Virus record (IMG/VR): IMGVR_UViG_3300044260_000040
Span: 1 to 47,319 of that record
Direction: 5' to 3' (one strand)
DNA length: 47,319 nucleotides
Source of the DNA: a virus
Lineage: Duplodnaviria > Caudoviricetes
Every line of letters starts with the position of its first letter. The stretch's first letter is position 1. Made by a program: the position numbers and the translations under genes. Shown piece after piece: positions 17,240 through 26,900 of the stretch. The notes under the pieces were generated by a model that was not told the DNA's origin, did no database searches, and saw only the letters and a list, made by a program, of their open reading frames with translations.

Positions 17240-18773
17240 CCGCCAGCAGGACTACTTGCTGGCTAAGCGCTTCGGTCTCACGCCCGCGCAGGTAGAAGCC
17301 GCGCATAAGGTACGCAAGTTCGCGCGCGAGCGACTAGGCGTGCACCTGCACGTGGGCCAGTGCGCATTCGCGGGCCTTGTGCTCGCGCGTGACGATGCGC
17401 ACCCGCACAGCGCGCAGTACATGACGCTCCTGCTGGCGTCCGGCAACCGCGCTGGCAAGACGATGCTGCTTGCGGTAATCATCATCTTCTGCTGTCTCGA
17501 CAAGACCAATCGACCCAAGCCCGTCACGCCGGAGGAAGCGGTCAGATGGCTGAAGACGGAGTACAACTGGTATCACTTTGGGATTGCGCAGGAAGTGGCG
17601 GACTTGGTGTACGCGGACATCGTGCGTCTGCTGTCGGGGACGCACGAGGGGCAGGCGGGTGGCGGGTGCCCACTCACGTCCGCCGGACCGGTGGCCGATT
17701 GGTCGGTCAAGGAATACGGGGACTACAGATGGGTGCGGTTTGCCCCGGCATGGGGCGGCGCCGAGGTGCACTTCCGCACTACCGGTGAGAAGGCGCTCGG
17801 CCAGTTGGGCAAGGACATGCACGGCGTCAGCTTCGATGAGGCTGGCATCGAACGCAACCTGCCCTTCCTTATCCGCGAGGTCTTCAACCTGCGTCGCCTC
17901 GGCACGGGCGGGCAGTTGCTCATGGTGTCCACGCCGTCCGAGGACTTGGGCTCGGACTTCGCTGACGCTTGGGCGCTGGGCTGGCATGAGACACCCAAGC
18001 GCCTGCCGACGTGGGTCAGCATGCGCATGTCCACGCGCGACAACATCGGATACGGCATCAACGAGGTGATGTTCGACCGCCTCATCGCGGACATGGACGA
18101 GCGCGCCATCCGGCAGAACATCGACGGCGAGTTCCTGCAGTCGGCCGCCGCGTACTTCAACGGGGCGAACGTCGAGCGCTGCTTCTACGATGGACTGCCG
18201 GAGAAGTCCGCAGCGCGGCAGGGCGGCGTGTACCTGCAGGGAGTGGACCCTGCGAAGGCGGCCGACTCTGCGTGGAGCATCGTGCTGAAGATTGAGGCGA
18301 ACCGCGATGACCCCACGCGCCCGTTCCTTGTGGGCGTGCGAGCGGAGCAGGCGCGCGGCCAGAAGTCCACGGCCACACTCGTCTCGCTCGCAGCAGACGC
18401 CTTCAATGCCTACAACATCCCACGTATCCGCACCGTGTGTTACACTGCTCTCGACGCCACCGGTTTCGGCGGCAAGATGTTTCGTGAGGCGGTCGAGGGC
18501 GACATCCCCAACTTGACCAACGTCGAGTTCGGCGGAACGGTACAGAAGAAGAGGATGCTGCTCGGTGACCTTCGGACCCTGATAGACGAGGGTCGCCTTC
18601 TACTCCCCCGCGAGGGCGTCTGGCTACAGGTGAGGAAGCAGCTTCTTGGCTACAAGTTGGAAGACCGCAAACTTGAACAGGACGCTGTGATGGCGCTGGT
18701 CTGCGCCGTGTACCTCCTACGCCGAACCCCCGTAGACGGTCGCGTGAGCGCGGAGTTTGCCCTCTATGGCTGA
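17232..18773 (+). CDS. terL: Terminase large subunit (start uncertain, 17211-17232)
   Basis: Walker A SGNRAGKT, Walker B VSFDEAG, motif III VSTP; nuclease GVDPA, LDATG.G, QDAVMAL. Confidence 0.92.
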   Translation: MSDRQQDYLLAKRFGLTPAQVEAAHKVRKFARERLGVHLHVGQCAFAGLVLARDDAHPHSAQYMTLLLASGNRAGKTMLLAVIIIFCCLDKTNRPKPVTPEEAVRWLKTEYNWYHFGIAQEVADLVYADIVRLLSGTHEGQAGGGCPLTSAGPVADWSVKEYGDYRWVRFAPAWGGAEVHFRTTGEKALGQLGKDMHGVSFDEAGIERNLPFLIREVFNLRRLGTGGQLLMVSTPSEDLGSDFADAWALGWHETPKRLPTWVSMRMSTRDNIGYGINEVMFDRLIADMDERAIRQNIDGEFLQSAAAYFNGANVERCFYDGLPEKSAARQGGVYLQGVDPAKAADSAWSIVLKIEANRDDPTRPFLVGVRAEQARGQKSTATLVSLAADAFNAYNIPRIRTVCYTALDATGFGGKMFREAVEGDIPNLTNVEFGGTVQKKRMLLGDLRTLIDEGRLLLPREGVWLQVRKQLLGYKLEDRKLEQDAVMALVCAVYLLRRTPVDGRVSAEFALYG

Positions 18774-20778
18774 TTACTCGGCCGCCCCCGGCGGCGTCAT
18801 CTACGCCGACATGACGCTGCTTCGCGGCGTCCTTCATGCTGTTGACGAGGACACGAAGCAAATCCTCTTCAAGCTCGCGACGCGCGTCAGCGCCATTCGC
18901 CCGCATCAGGACCGGCTGCGCCAGTGGTGCGACCGGGCCGACCGGCTGTACTACGCCGAGGAACTGACCGATGGCGGCGCCGACCTGTGGGCGAAGGACC
19001 CGTCGGCCACCATCCCCGGCCGCTCGCACGTCAGCATCAACACGCCCGCCGTGTACGTCGATGTCCCGGCTGCCTTGCAGGCAGTGGACCCAATCGAGAA
19101 CATGCTCGCGACCGACACGACCAAGGAAGCTCGCGACGCGGCTGCCGCGCTGGAGCGCCTGTACACGTCGTGGAAGCAGGAAGAGGACTTCGACCTGAAG
19201 TGGCACAAAGCCTGCACGGTCAAGTCGCTCTACGGCATCACCGCCGCGCGCATCGCATGGGACGAGGACACGGAGCCCGGCGAGAAGGGCCATCCCGAAG
19301 TCGAGGTGGTCGAGCAGCCGAGGAACCTGCATCTGGGCTGGAAGTCCGACTCCTACGATGAACTGGAGTGGGTCGCCTACGTCACGCGCTACGAGCCCAA
19401 CGCCTTGTGCGAGGAGTTTGGCGTGGACGTGCAGCCGTACACGGACGAGAAGGGCGTGACCGTTCCGCTCGTCGGCACGCGTGACTTCACCTCTTCGCCG
19501 CAACGGCCGTGGCTCTCCATGGGTGACGCGCGGGTCGAGGTCTGGGATTACTGGTACAGGCAGCCAGTGTGGAAGGGCCCGAAGCTCGTGCGCATGGACA
19601 CGTACAACGTGGTCATCGCCGGGAACCTCGTCATCCGTGGACCCCTGCTCTACAAGGAATATCAGGGAGACCTGCCATACGTTCCGCTGTTCAACACGTT
19701 CATCCCGGGCATGCCGCAAGGCCGCTCGGACCTGTACGACGTAGAACACCTCATCCGCGAGAAGTACGAGACCGTGACCGCCGGGTCGCAGATGATACAC
19801 AACGGTATCGCGGGCGACTTCTGGCAGTTGACGGGGCCGGACGCACCGACCCGCGTTCCGGCGGGACTGAAGCCTAAGCGCAACGAGATGGTGGCCCCGG
19901 GACCGGGGAACCGCATCGAAACCATCACCCCCTACATCGCCCAGTTCCAACTGGAGCAATACTTGGGCAGGCTCGACCGGGAGATGGCCGCAGTTTCCGG
20001 CCTCAACGACTTGCTGTTGGGGCTGGCCCCTGCCCAAGTGTTGTCCTCTTCCAAGGCAATCAACGCCCTCATCGCCAACTACGAGAGCCGCCTGTCGATG
20101 CGTCGCAAGATGCTCTACAAGTGGCGCCGAGAGGTCTGGGAACTTGCCCTCAAGGTCTGGAAGACCAAGGACAAGGATGTCAAGACCATTCTCGCCAAGG
20201 ACAATGGCTTCCTTGACATCATCGACCCGTCCCTCTCGCCGCGAGACGAGCAGGAGACGGCCGTTCGCGCAGCCAACCTTGTCAACGCCAAGCTCTGGTC
20301 GCAGGCTCGCGGCATGGATGCCGTCGGAGTGGACGACCCGGAGACGGAGCAGCAACTCATCCGTGAAGAGAGCACCGACGCAACCCTCTGGCCGGAGCGC
20401 GTTCAGGTCATGGCCCAGTTGATGGCCGCCCTGCAGTCGCTCGGTCTCAACGCTCCCGCTGGCGCGTCCGCTCAGGCGGCAGGTCAGGCACAGAGCGGGC
20501 AAGAGGCGCTGCGCAAGGCACTGGGCGCGCAGACGCCCACCAACACACCAGCGTCCGGCGGGCCCGGTGGGGCTCCCGAGGCGCAGGGGCAGACGCCGCC
20601 CATCCCGGGCGCGCCACCCGAGGCTGGCGGCGCTGCCCCTCCCTTCGCTCAAGGACCGGGAGCGGGTCCGGCTACCGGCGGGCCAGCAGGCCCAGAGGCG
20701 CCAGTCATTCAGGGTATGCTGCAAGGCGGAGTGACTAAGGGACGCATCCTCACGCAGCAGAAGTTGGGGAGGCGTTAA
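18766..20778 (+). CDS. Portal protein with long Pro/Gly/Ala-rich C-terminal extension
   Basis: Follows TerL; LPYVPL.N...PG...GRSD, REM..VSG.NDLLLG, SS.AI typical of P22-like portals. Confidence 0.85.
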   Translation: MADYSAAPGGVIYADMTLLRGVLHAVDEDTKQILFKLATRVSAIRPHQDRLRQWCDRADRLYYAEELTDGGADLWAKDPSATIPGRSHVSINTPAVYVDVPAALQAVDPIENMLATDTTKEARDAAAALERLYTSWKQEEDFDLKWHKACTVKSLYGITAARIAWDEDTEPGEKGHPEVEVVEQPRNLHLGWKSDSYDELEWVAYVTRYEPNALCEEFGVDVQPYTDEKGVTVPLVGTRDFTSSPQRPWLSMGDARVEVWDYWYRQPVWKGPKLVRMDTYNVVIAGNLVIRGPLLYKEYQGDLPYVPLFNTFIPGMPQGRSDLYDVEHLIREKYETVTAGSQMIHNGIAGDFWQLTGPDAPTRVPAGLKPKRNEMVAPGPGNRIETITPYIAQFQLEQYLGRLDREMAAVSGLNDLLLGLAPAQVLSSSKAINALIANYESRLSMRRKMLYKWRREVWELALKVWKTKDKDVKTILAKDNGFLDIIDPSLSPRDEQETAVRAANLVNAKLWSQARGMDAVGVDDPETEQQLIREESTDATLWPERVQVMAQLMAALQSLGLNAPAGASAQAAGQAQSGQEALRKALGAQTPTNTPASGGPGGAPEAQGQTPPIPGAPPEAGGAAPPFAQGPGAGPATGGPAGPEAPVIQGMLQGGVTKGRILTQQKLGRR

Positions 20779-20781
20779 GCC

Positions 20782-20859
20782 ATGAGTGGAGAACTCGTCA
20801 CCGTCCTAGTCGTCGTGCTCATCATCGTCGCCATCATTTACCTCGTGCGGCGCATCTGA
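20782..20859 (+). CDS. 25-aa single-TM peptide (not in the track)
   Basis: MSGELVTVLVVVLIIVAIIYLVRRI; GGAGG SD. Confidence 0.6.
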   Translation: MSGELVTVLVVVLIIVAIIYLVRRI

Positions 20860-20860
20860 G

Positions 20861-20998
20861 ATGCCTCTGAAGCGCGGGGCATCCCGCAAGACCATCTCTG
20901 CTAACATCAAGACTGAGATGGCGGCAGGAAAGCCGCAGAAGCAGGCCGTTGCTATCGCACTGAGCGTCGCCCGTCGGGGCAAGGGGAAGCGGAAGTGA
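20861..20998 (+). CDS. 45-aa basic phage protein
   Basis: MPLKRGASRKTISANIKTEMAAGKPQKQAVAIALSVARRGKGKRK, a familiar small phage head-region family. Confidence 0.8.
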   Translation: MPLKRGASRKTISANIKTEMAAGKPQKQAVAIALSVARRGKGKRK

Positions 20999-21138
20999 GC
21001 TTCAAGTCCGTCCAGAACAAGATTGCCAAGAAGGAAGGCGTCAGCCAGAAGGCGGCTGGCGCTATCCTCGCGTCGTCCACCCGCAAGGCCAGCCCGGCCG
21101 CCAAGCGCAGGAACCCCAATCTCAAGAAGGTCAAGTGA
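20995..21138 (+). CDS. 47-aa basic phage protein
   Basis: MSFKSVQNKIAKKEGVSQKAAGAILASSTRKASPAAKRRNPNLKKVK; GTGA coupling. Confidence 0.75.
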   Translation: MSFKSVQNKIAKKEGVSQKAAGAILASSTRKASPAAKRRNPNLKKVK

Positions 21139-21314
21139 CCGCAGGTCGTGCGCCGCGTCCGCGCAACCGAGGGGCCGAAGCTGCGAAGCGCGAAGCCTAT
21201 CGGCAGTCGGACGCTGGCCGCATGGCCCGCAAGATGCAGATGATGAACCCTGAGACCCGCGCAAGGCGTAAGGCGTACAGGGATGCTCATAGGAAGATGA
21301 AGGCTGGCTTCTGA
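21135..21314 (+). CDS. 59-aa Arg-rich protein
   Basis: GTGA and TGATG overlaps fill the gap exactly. Confidence 0.6.
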   Translation: MTAGRAPRPRNRGAEAAKREAYRQSDAGRMARKMQMMNPETRARRKAYRDAHRKMKAGF

Positions 21315-23962
21315 TGGCACGTCGAGGAAAGTTCGGCAAGCTGACCGTCGTCTCGTCCAGCATCACGTCCAGCATCATCTCCATCGCTCGGGAGATGCAG
21401 CAGCAGGAATACCAGAACATGCTGGACGCGTGGAAGAACGGCGGCACCGTGGACGGCAAGCCCGTCACGGACGAGATGTTCCTCGCGTACGTCAAGGGGC
21501 GCCTTGACGGGCTCTCCACTTCCGACCCGATGTACGACTCGTGGAAGCTGCAGTACGACCAGACCGACTACGGCATTCAGGAGTCCAAGCAGTACACGCT
21601 GTACAAGCAGGGCCGCATCAGCGACAACCAGATGGCGCAGTTCTACCTCAACTGGGCCAAGAAGGTGCCCTCCAACAGCGAGTTCTACCGCACGCTGCAG
21701 AAGGACGCCGCCCAGTTCACGCAGGCAGCCGCTGCGCGTGGGCGTGCAGGCGCGGCCAAGGCGAAGTCGGACGCGTACAACGCGTACGCGCAGGAGATTG
21801 GCAACAAGTACATCGCCGTGGGCGACCTGTTGACCCAGACGATGACGACCATCGCCAAGAACAACAACCTCATCGGCGCCGACCAAGACCTGAGCGACTT
21901 CATGCTCGCGGGCCAGAACGACCCCGGGCGCATGGAGACGCTGCTCGGGCAAATCAACGCCGCGATGAAGGCCGACCCCAAGACGTATGCTGCTTTCGTC
22001 AACCAAATCAAGTCGTACGACCCATCGTGGGATGGCAACCTCACGTCGGCGTACTTCGCTTCGGCGTTGAAGTCATCCGTGCAGGGGCATGGCCTGCTCG
22101 CTGCCCGCGCCACCAAGGACGGGTACACGTCCGTGGCGAAGGCGCAGAACAAGGCGGCCGGGGCTGCCACCACGCTCGGGTCGCAGGTGCGGTCATGGCC
22201 CGTCGCGGCCAGTTACCAGCAGGCGCGTGACCAGTTTGACCGGGTGTACAACGACCCGACGGCGACGCAGCTTGACAAGTCTCAGGCCGCTGCCGACTTC
22301 GCCCAGAAGATTGACACGCTCGCGGCGACGCCCGGGCTGGACACCGCGATGTCGAACCGCCTGAAGAACGATGCTTTGGCGTATCGCGGCGACCCTCGCG
22401 CAGCCAACCAGCCCTCGTACTACGAGAACTACCTCGGCTCGCAGCACCTGACTGTCGGTGAGACGAGTACGTCTACGGGCGAGGCGTCCGGCGAGAACGT
22501 CCGGTTCCAGCAGGAGTTCCAGCGCGCGTCCTACATGCAAGCGCAGATGGCCGCGAACCCGCTCGGCTTCGTGTACGCGTCGTCGGTCATCGGGCCGGAC
22601 GGCGTGCCGACGTACGACCCGTCCGGCAAGGGCGAGGTTGCCATTGTCCCGAAGTCCTCGGTGGACCTCGCCGGTAACACCTTCGTCGTCCCGGTTCCGA
22701 CTGTTGGCGGCGATGCCATCATGCAGGCCATCCCCGTGCACGATGTCATCATGGAGGACCCGACCGGGAACAACTCCAAGGGCACGCAGGTGGGCGTGTA
22801 CATGCAGTACAGCGTGGGCGGGCAGAAGGTCACGTTGTACGGAGTCACGCAGGCGGACGGCACGAAGACGTGGACGCCGGTCTCGCCCTTCAGCGACACC
22901 ACTATGGAGACCGTCAAGCCCGACGGGACGCTCTCCCTGTCGGTCCCGAACGTCGCGGACCCGAACGCAGAGTTGGCTGGGCTGGACGCGCAGTATCCCG
23001 GGCTCGGGCTGAAGGGCATCTTCTCTAAGGATGTCAAGCCAGCGGCGGGCGAGCACTGGACGTACGTGACGCAGGCCAAGCCCGCCAAGGGCACGCCGGG
23101 TCAGGAGTCCGTCGTCACTATCACGTGGACCGGTCGGGGCTTCACGACCTCAACCCGCGATACGTCCTTCGACGCGGCCGGGTCCATCGCTGGCACGCAG
23201 ACAAGCCCGACCGTTCCCGTCACGCCGCCACAGACCGTGGACGCAGCGTGGGACAAGGCGCGTCTGGCGCATGGGCTCGACCCGCGTATCGACTTCACGA
23301 CGCCAGCCATGGCTGCGCTCGTGGCTTCGAAGGTCTCGGGCGACTCGGTGGTAAACGCATGGAATGACCCTCTCTTCCAGCAGAAGCTGTACGAGGAGGA
23401 GAACAGGGCCGCGAACGGCGACCCGAACAAGCTCGCTGCTATCGCGGCGGCCGACCAAGCGCTGGCCCACAACATGGCCGACATCGGACCGGACGTGGCG
23501 TATCACGCTGACCGCGAGTATGCGAACGGACGCGGCGACTTGCTCGTGCAGTCGCTCGGCATGAAGCAGACCGGCCAGCCTGCGGTGCCTGCCGTCAGGA
23601 CCGGCACGGCCATCATCGTTCCGTCGGCTCCGGTGCCCAGTTTCGGGACCGAGTACCAGCCGGGCAAGGCGCAGGACGACCTGCTCTACATGGCTGGCTC
23701 GCTCGCAGCGTCTTCGGCCAACCGAGGACGCGGTGGCGCGCTGCCGTATCAGAACGCGCCGACGACCCCGGTCCCGTCCCCGACCATCACGCCCAAGCCG
23801 ACGCCCACCCCGACTCCGGCCCCGACGACGACGCCTAAGCCGACGCCCACGCCGACGCCAGCGCCCATCCCGACCACCCCGAACGTGAACGCGCAGACAG
23901 GTTTCGTCATGCCGACCTACAATCCGGCCTCGCTGCCGATGCCCATGACGCGCGGCAAATGA
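21314..23962 (+). CDS. Large virion protein, putative internal/ejection protein (882 aa)
   Basis: Helical N-half, beta-rich middle, PT-rich C-terminus; located in the head operon. Confidence 0.6.
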   Translation: MARRGKFGKLTVVSSSITSSIISIAREMQQQEYQNMLDAWKNGGTVDGKPVTDEMFLAYVKGRLDGLSTSDPMYDSWKLQYDQTDYGIQESKQYTLYKQGRISDNQMAQFYLNWAKKVPSNSEFYRTLQKDAAQFTQAAAARGRAGAAKAKSDAYNAYAQEIGNKYIAVGDLLTQTMTTIAKNNNLIGADQDLSDFMLAGQNDPGRMETLLGQINAAMKADPKTYAAFVNQIKSYDPSWDGNLTSAYFASALKSSVQGHGLLAARATKDGYTSVAKAQNKAAGAATTLGSQVRSWPVAASYQQARDQFDRVYNDPTATQLDKSQAAADFAQKIDTLAATPGLDTAMSNRLKNDALAYRGDPRAANQPSYYENYLGSQHLTVGETSTSTGEASGENVRFQQEFQRASYMQAQMAANPLGFVYASSVIGPDGVPTYDPSGKGEVAIVPKSSVDLAGNTFVVPVPTVGGDAIMQAIPVHDVIMEDPTGNNSKGTQVGVYMQYSVGGQKVTLYGVTQADGTKTWTPVSPFSDTTMETVKPDGTLSLSVPNVADPNAELAGLDAQYPGLGLKGIFSKDVKPAAGEHWTYVTQAKPAKGTPGQESVVTITWTGRGFTTSTRDTSFDAAGSIAGTQTSPTVPVTPPQTVDAAWDKARLAHGLDPRIDFTTPAMAALVASKVSGDSVVNAWNDPLFQQKLYEEENRAANGDPNKLAAIAAADQALAHNMADIGPDVAYHADREYANGRGDLLVQSLGMKQTGQPAVPAVRTGTAIIVPSAPVPSFGTEYQPGKAQDDLLYMAGSLAASSANRGRGGALPYQNAPTTPVPSPTITPKPTPTPTPAPTTTPKPTPTPTPAPIPTTPNVNAQTGFVMPTYNPASLPMPMTRGK

Positions 23963-26900
23963 GCGACCCCTTCCAGCTTCCCGCTTCTGGGGGCGCGGCT
24001 CCCGCTGCACAGCCCGTGCAGGAGATGCAGTCCACCCTCTTCGGTGGTGGTGCTCCGGCCCAGTCCAAGGGCCCGAACCTCGGTCCGGTCAACGACCTGC
24101 TCGGCTTTGCCGCTGGCGCGGCCAGCGTCGTCGGTGGCGCGCTCGCGCGCGTGCCGCTGGGCTGGCTGCCCAATGGGGCGGATGACCAGTTCAAGCAGAT
24201 GGGCGACTGGATGAAGGTCAACCGCCCAGAGGACTACAAGCAGTGGGAGACCGTCAACGCGGCGAGCAACGCCGACAAGCTCTACGGCGGGAACATGAAG
24301 TCCGACTTCAACCGCGAGTGGGGCACGAAGTACCTTGACGAGTCGAAGACAGGCGGCGGCGTAGCCCCAGAGTTGGCCTTCGCTCCTGCCTCGCTGATGG
24401 GCGCGCTGGGCGATGTCGTCCCGCGCTTGGCGCTGACGGAGAAGAACGTCGAGCAGACGCTGGGAGGGCAAACCTACTTCAACCCGCTGGAGGGGACGAA
24501 GGCCATTACCGACACGACCCGCGCGCCGTCCGAGATGGTGGACCGCGTGGGTGTGGTTCTGGCTGCCTCGCAGCGCGGCGACCAACTGAACCCCGTCGAG
24601 CAGGAGGTCGTCAAGAACCTGCAAGAAGGGACGTGGGACAGGCAGCACGCTCTCGACTACCTCATCCGCAACAACCAAGGCTACTCGCGGGACGTGCTTC
24701 CGCAGACCGTCATGCAAATCGTCGCGGACCCGATGATGATTGCCGGTGGCGGCGAAGCGGCGGCCCTGAAGATTGGCGCGCGCGGGCTGCGCGTAGCGGA
24801 AGCGCTGGGCGCTACGGAGAAGGCGGCTGCGGCTGGGCGCGCCGCCACAGCGGGCGAGGTCTTCGGTGCGGCGGGCGAGGCGCGAGCCATCGACAAGGTG
24901 GCCGTGTCCGTTGCTGCCCTGCAGCGTACGCCACTCGCCCCTGTCTTCAAGGTCGGGCGCGCCATCGTGGACCCGCTCGGCGCCATCCAAGGTCGCGACA
25001 CTGCCACCAAGGCAGGACTGGACCTCCTGACCGGGAGCGGCGTGCGCGCCACGGAGCAGGCGTACGGGCCCGCTGCGTACAGCGCGGCGTTCGACTTCGC
25101 TCGCAAGCACGGCATCACGTCTGAGTTGCAGTCCGCGCTCGGCGGGTACACGGACAATGGCGTTCGCCAGTGGACCATCCTGCAGAGCCGCGTGACGCAG
25201 CTTCTGGCCGACACTGGCGGCGAGCGTCTGCTGGAGACCACGCCTGACTCGCTCGTCACGGAACTGATGAAGGTCGAGCCCAAGGACTCCATCGCCCGGC
25301 TGACTACATACTTCTCCGGCGTCAAGAAGCCGTTTATCACAGCCGAGGATGACGCTCAGTTGGCGGACCGCCTCACGGCCTCGTTCGGCAAGGACGCCGC
25401 GACGTGGGCAGAGGACATCGCCAAGATGACGCCGGACACGAAGTCTCTCCTGCACGCTGCCACGTACGAGAACTCGTGGCAGCAGTTCGCGGACGCGCTG
25501 GCGCACGTTGAGAACTACACTGGCCGCATCCCCATCAACAACTTCGTCATCCTCAATGACAACATCCTTGACAATGTGGCTGCCCAGTTGTTCGCGCGCG
25601 AGTTCAACGCGCCCGGGCTGGGCGTGGCAGAGCGGGCCAAGCTGTGGAACGACGCAGCGAGCCGGTGGGTCGAACTGCGTGACATCGGGCTGGCGGAGCA
25701 GTCGCCCATCCAGATGACCGACCTGTCGGAGCGCCTGACGAAGCTCATCGAAAGCGGTCGCCTGCACACCCGCATCCAGCTTGAGGCGCTTCGCGAGGAC
25801 CCGGCCCTGCAGCCGATTGCCGACTGGCTGGAAGCGCAGAGTATCAACGGGCGGCAGGTGTGGAACGTGGGCTTCCGGCCCGACGACATGCACGCGTGGG
25901 GCTTCGTGCGCAACCCGAACACGGGTCTGCTGGAGGCGGGCAGCACGCCCTTCGTGTCTCATGTGATGGACGCTACGCCTGCTTATCTGCCGGTCAATGA
26001 CGTGCTGACCAATCTGCTCGGTCAGGTCATCGGCCCCGCCGCTGCGGGCAAGCTCGCCAAGCCGGTCGAGGCGATGGAGGTCGCGTACAAGGTGGCGCGC
26101 GACCAGATTTCTGGCACCCGCCTGCTGCAGAACATGGAGCAGCGCTTCGTCGTGAAGGCTGGTCGGGATTACAACCTGTCGGTCGCGCAGTCGCGCAGGC
26201 TGTTCCGGCTCGGGCGTGACGCGGCTCAGCTTCAGCACACCACCATTCAGGGCATCGACCCGACCAACATCTGGGAGAGCATCAGCAAGGCGCTGCCCAA
26301 GGAACTGCAGGGTCAGGTCACGAAGCGCCAGTACATGGACCTGCTCATGCACGCATCCGCTGGCGACCTGCGCGTCATGGGGCTGACGCAGGGCTTCACG
26401 CAGCGCATCCGCAACCTCATCCAGAGCAAGCTCGGCTATCAGGAAGGCAACTTCGCCGGGCGAGCCACGGTGTCCTTCTACCGCGAGGTTCGCTACGGAC
26501 TGAACCCGCTGTTCTACATCCAGCGCATCACAGACGGCCAATACTTCAACATCCTCAAGGGCATCCCGTGGATTGGCTACCACGACTTCAAGCCGGGCAC
26601 TGCTCTGTACGACGCGCAGCAGGTGCTGGGCGTGCTGGGCGAGACGGCCACAGCACGTGACATGGCGATGGACCTTCCCGAGTACACGTTGCGGAGCAAC
26701 TTCCAGCAGGCCATCCGGTCGCGGCTCGGCAACATGGTGGACAGCGCGAAGCTGGAGGACTTGGCGACGGCCGGTGCGCGCTGGCAGCGCAACAACCAGA
26801 CCGCCACGTTCAACGCCGCTCTTGGCGACATCGTGAAGGAAAGCCTTGACGAGTCGCGCAAGGCGTTTGAAGCGCTCGCCAAGGATGAGACCCTGACGGC

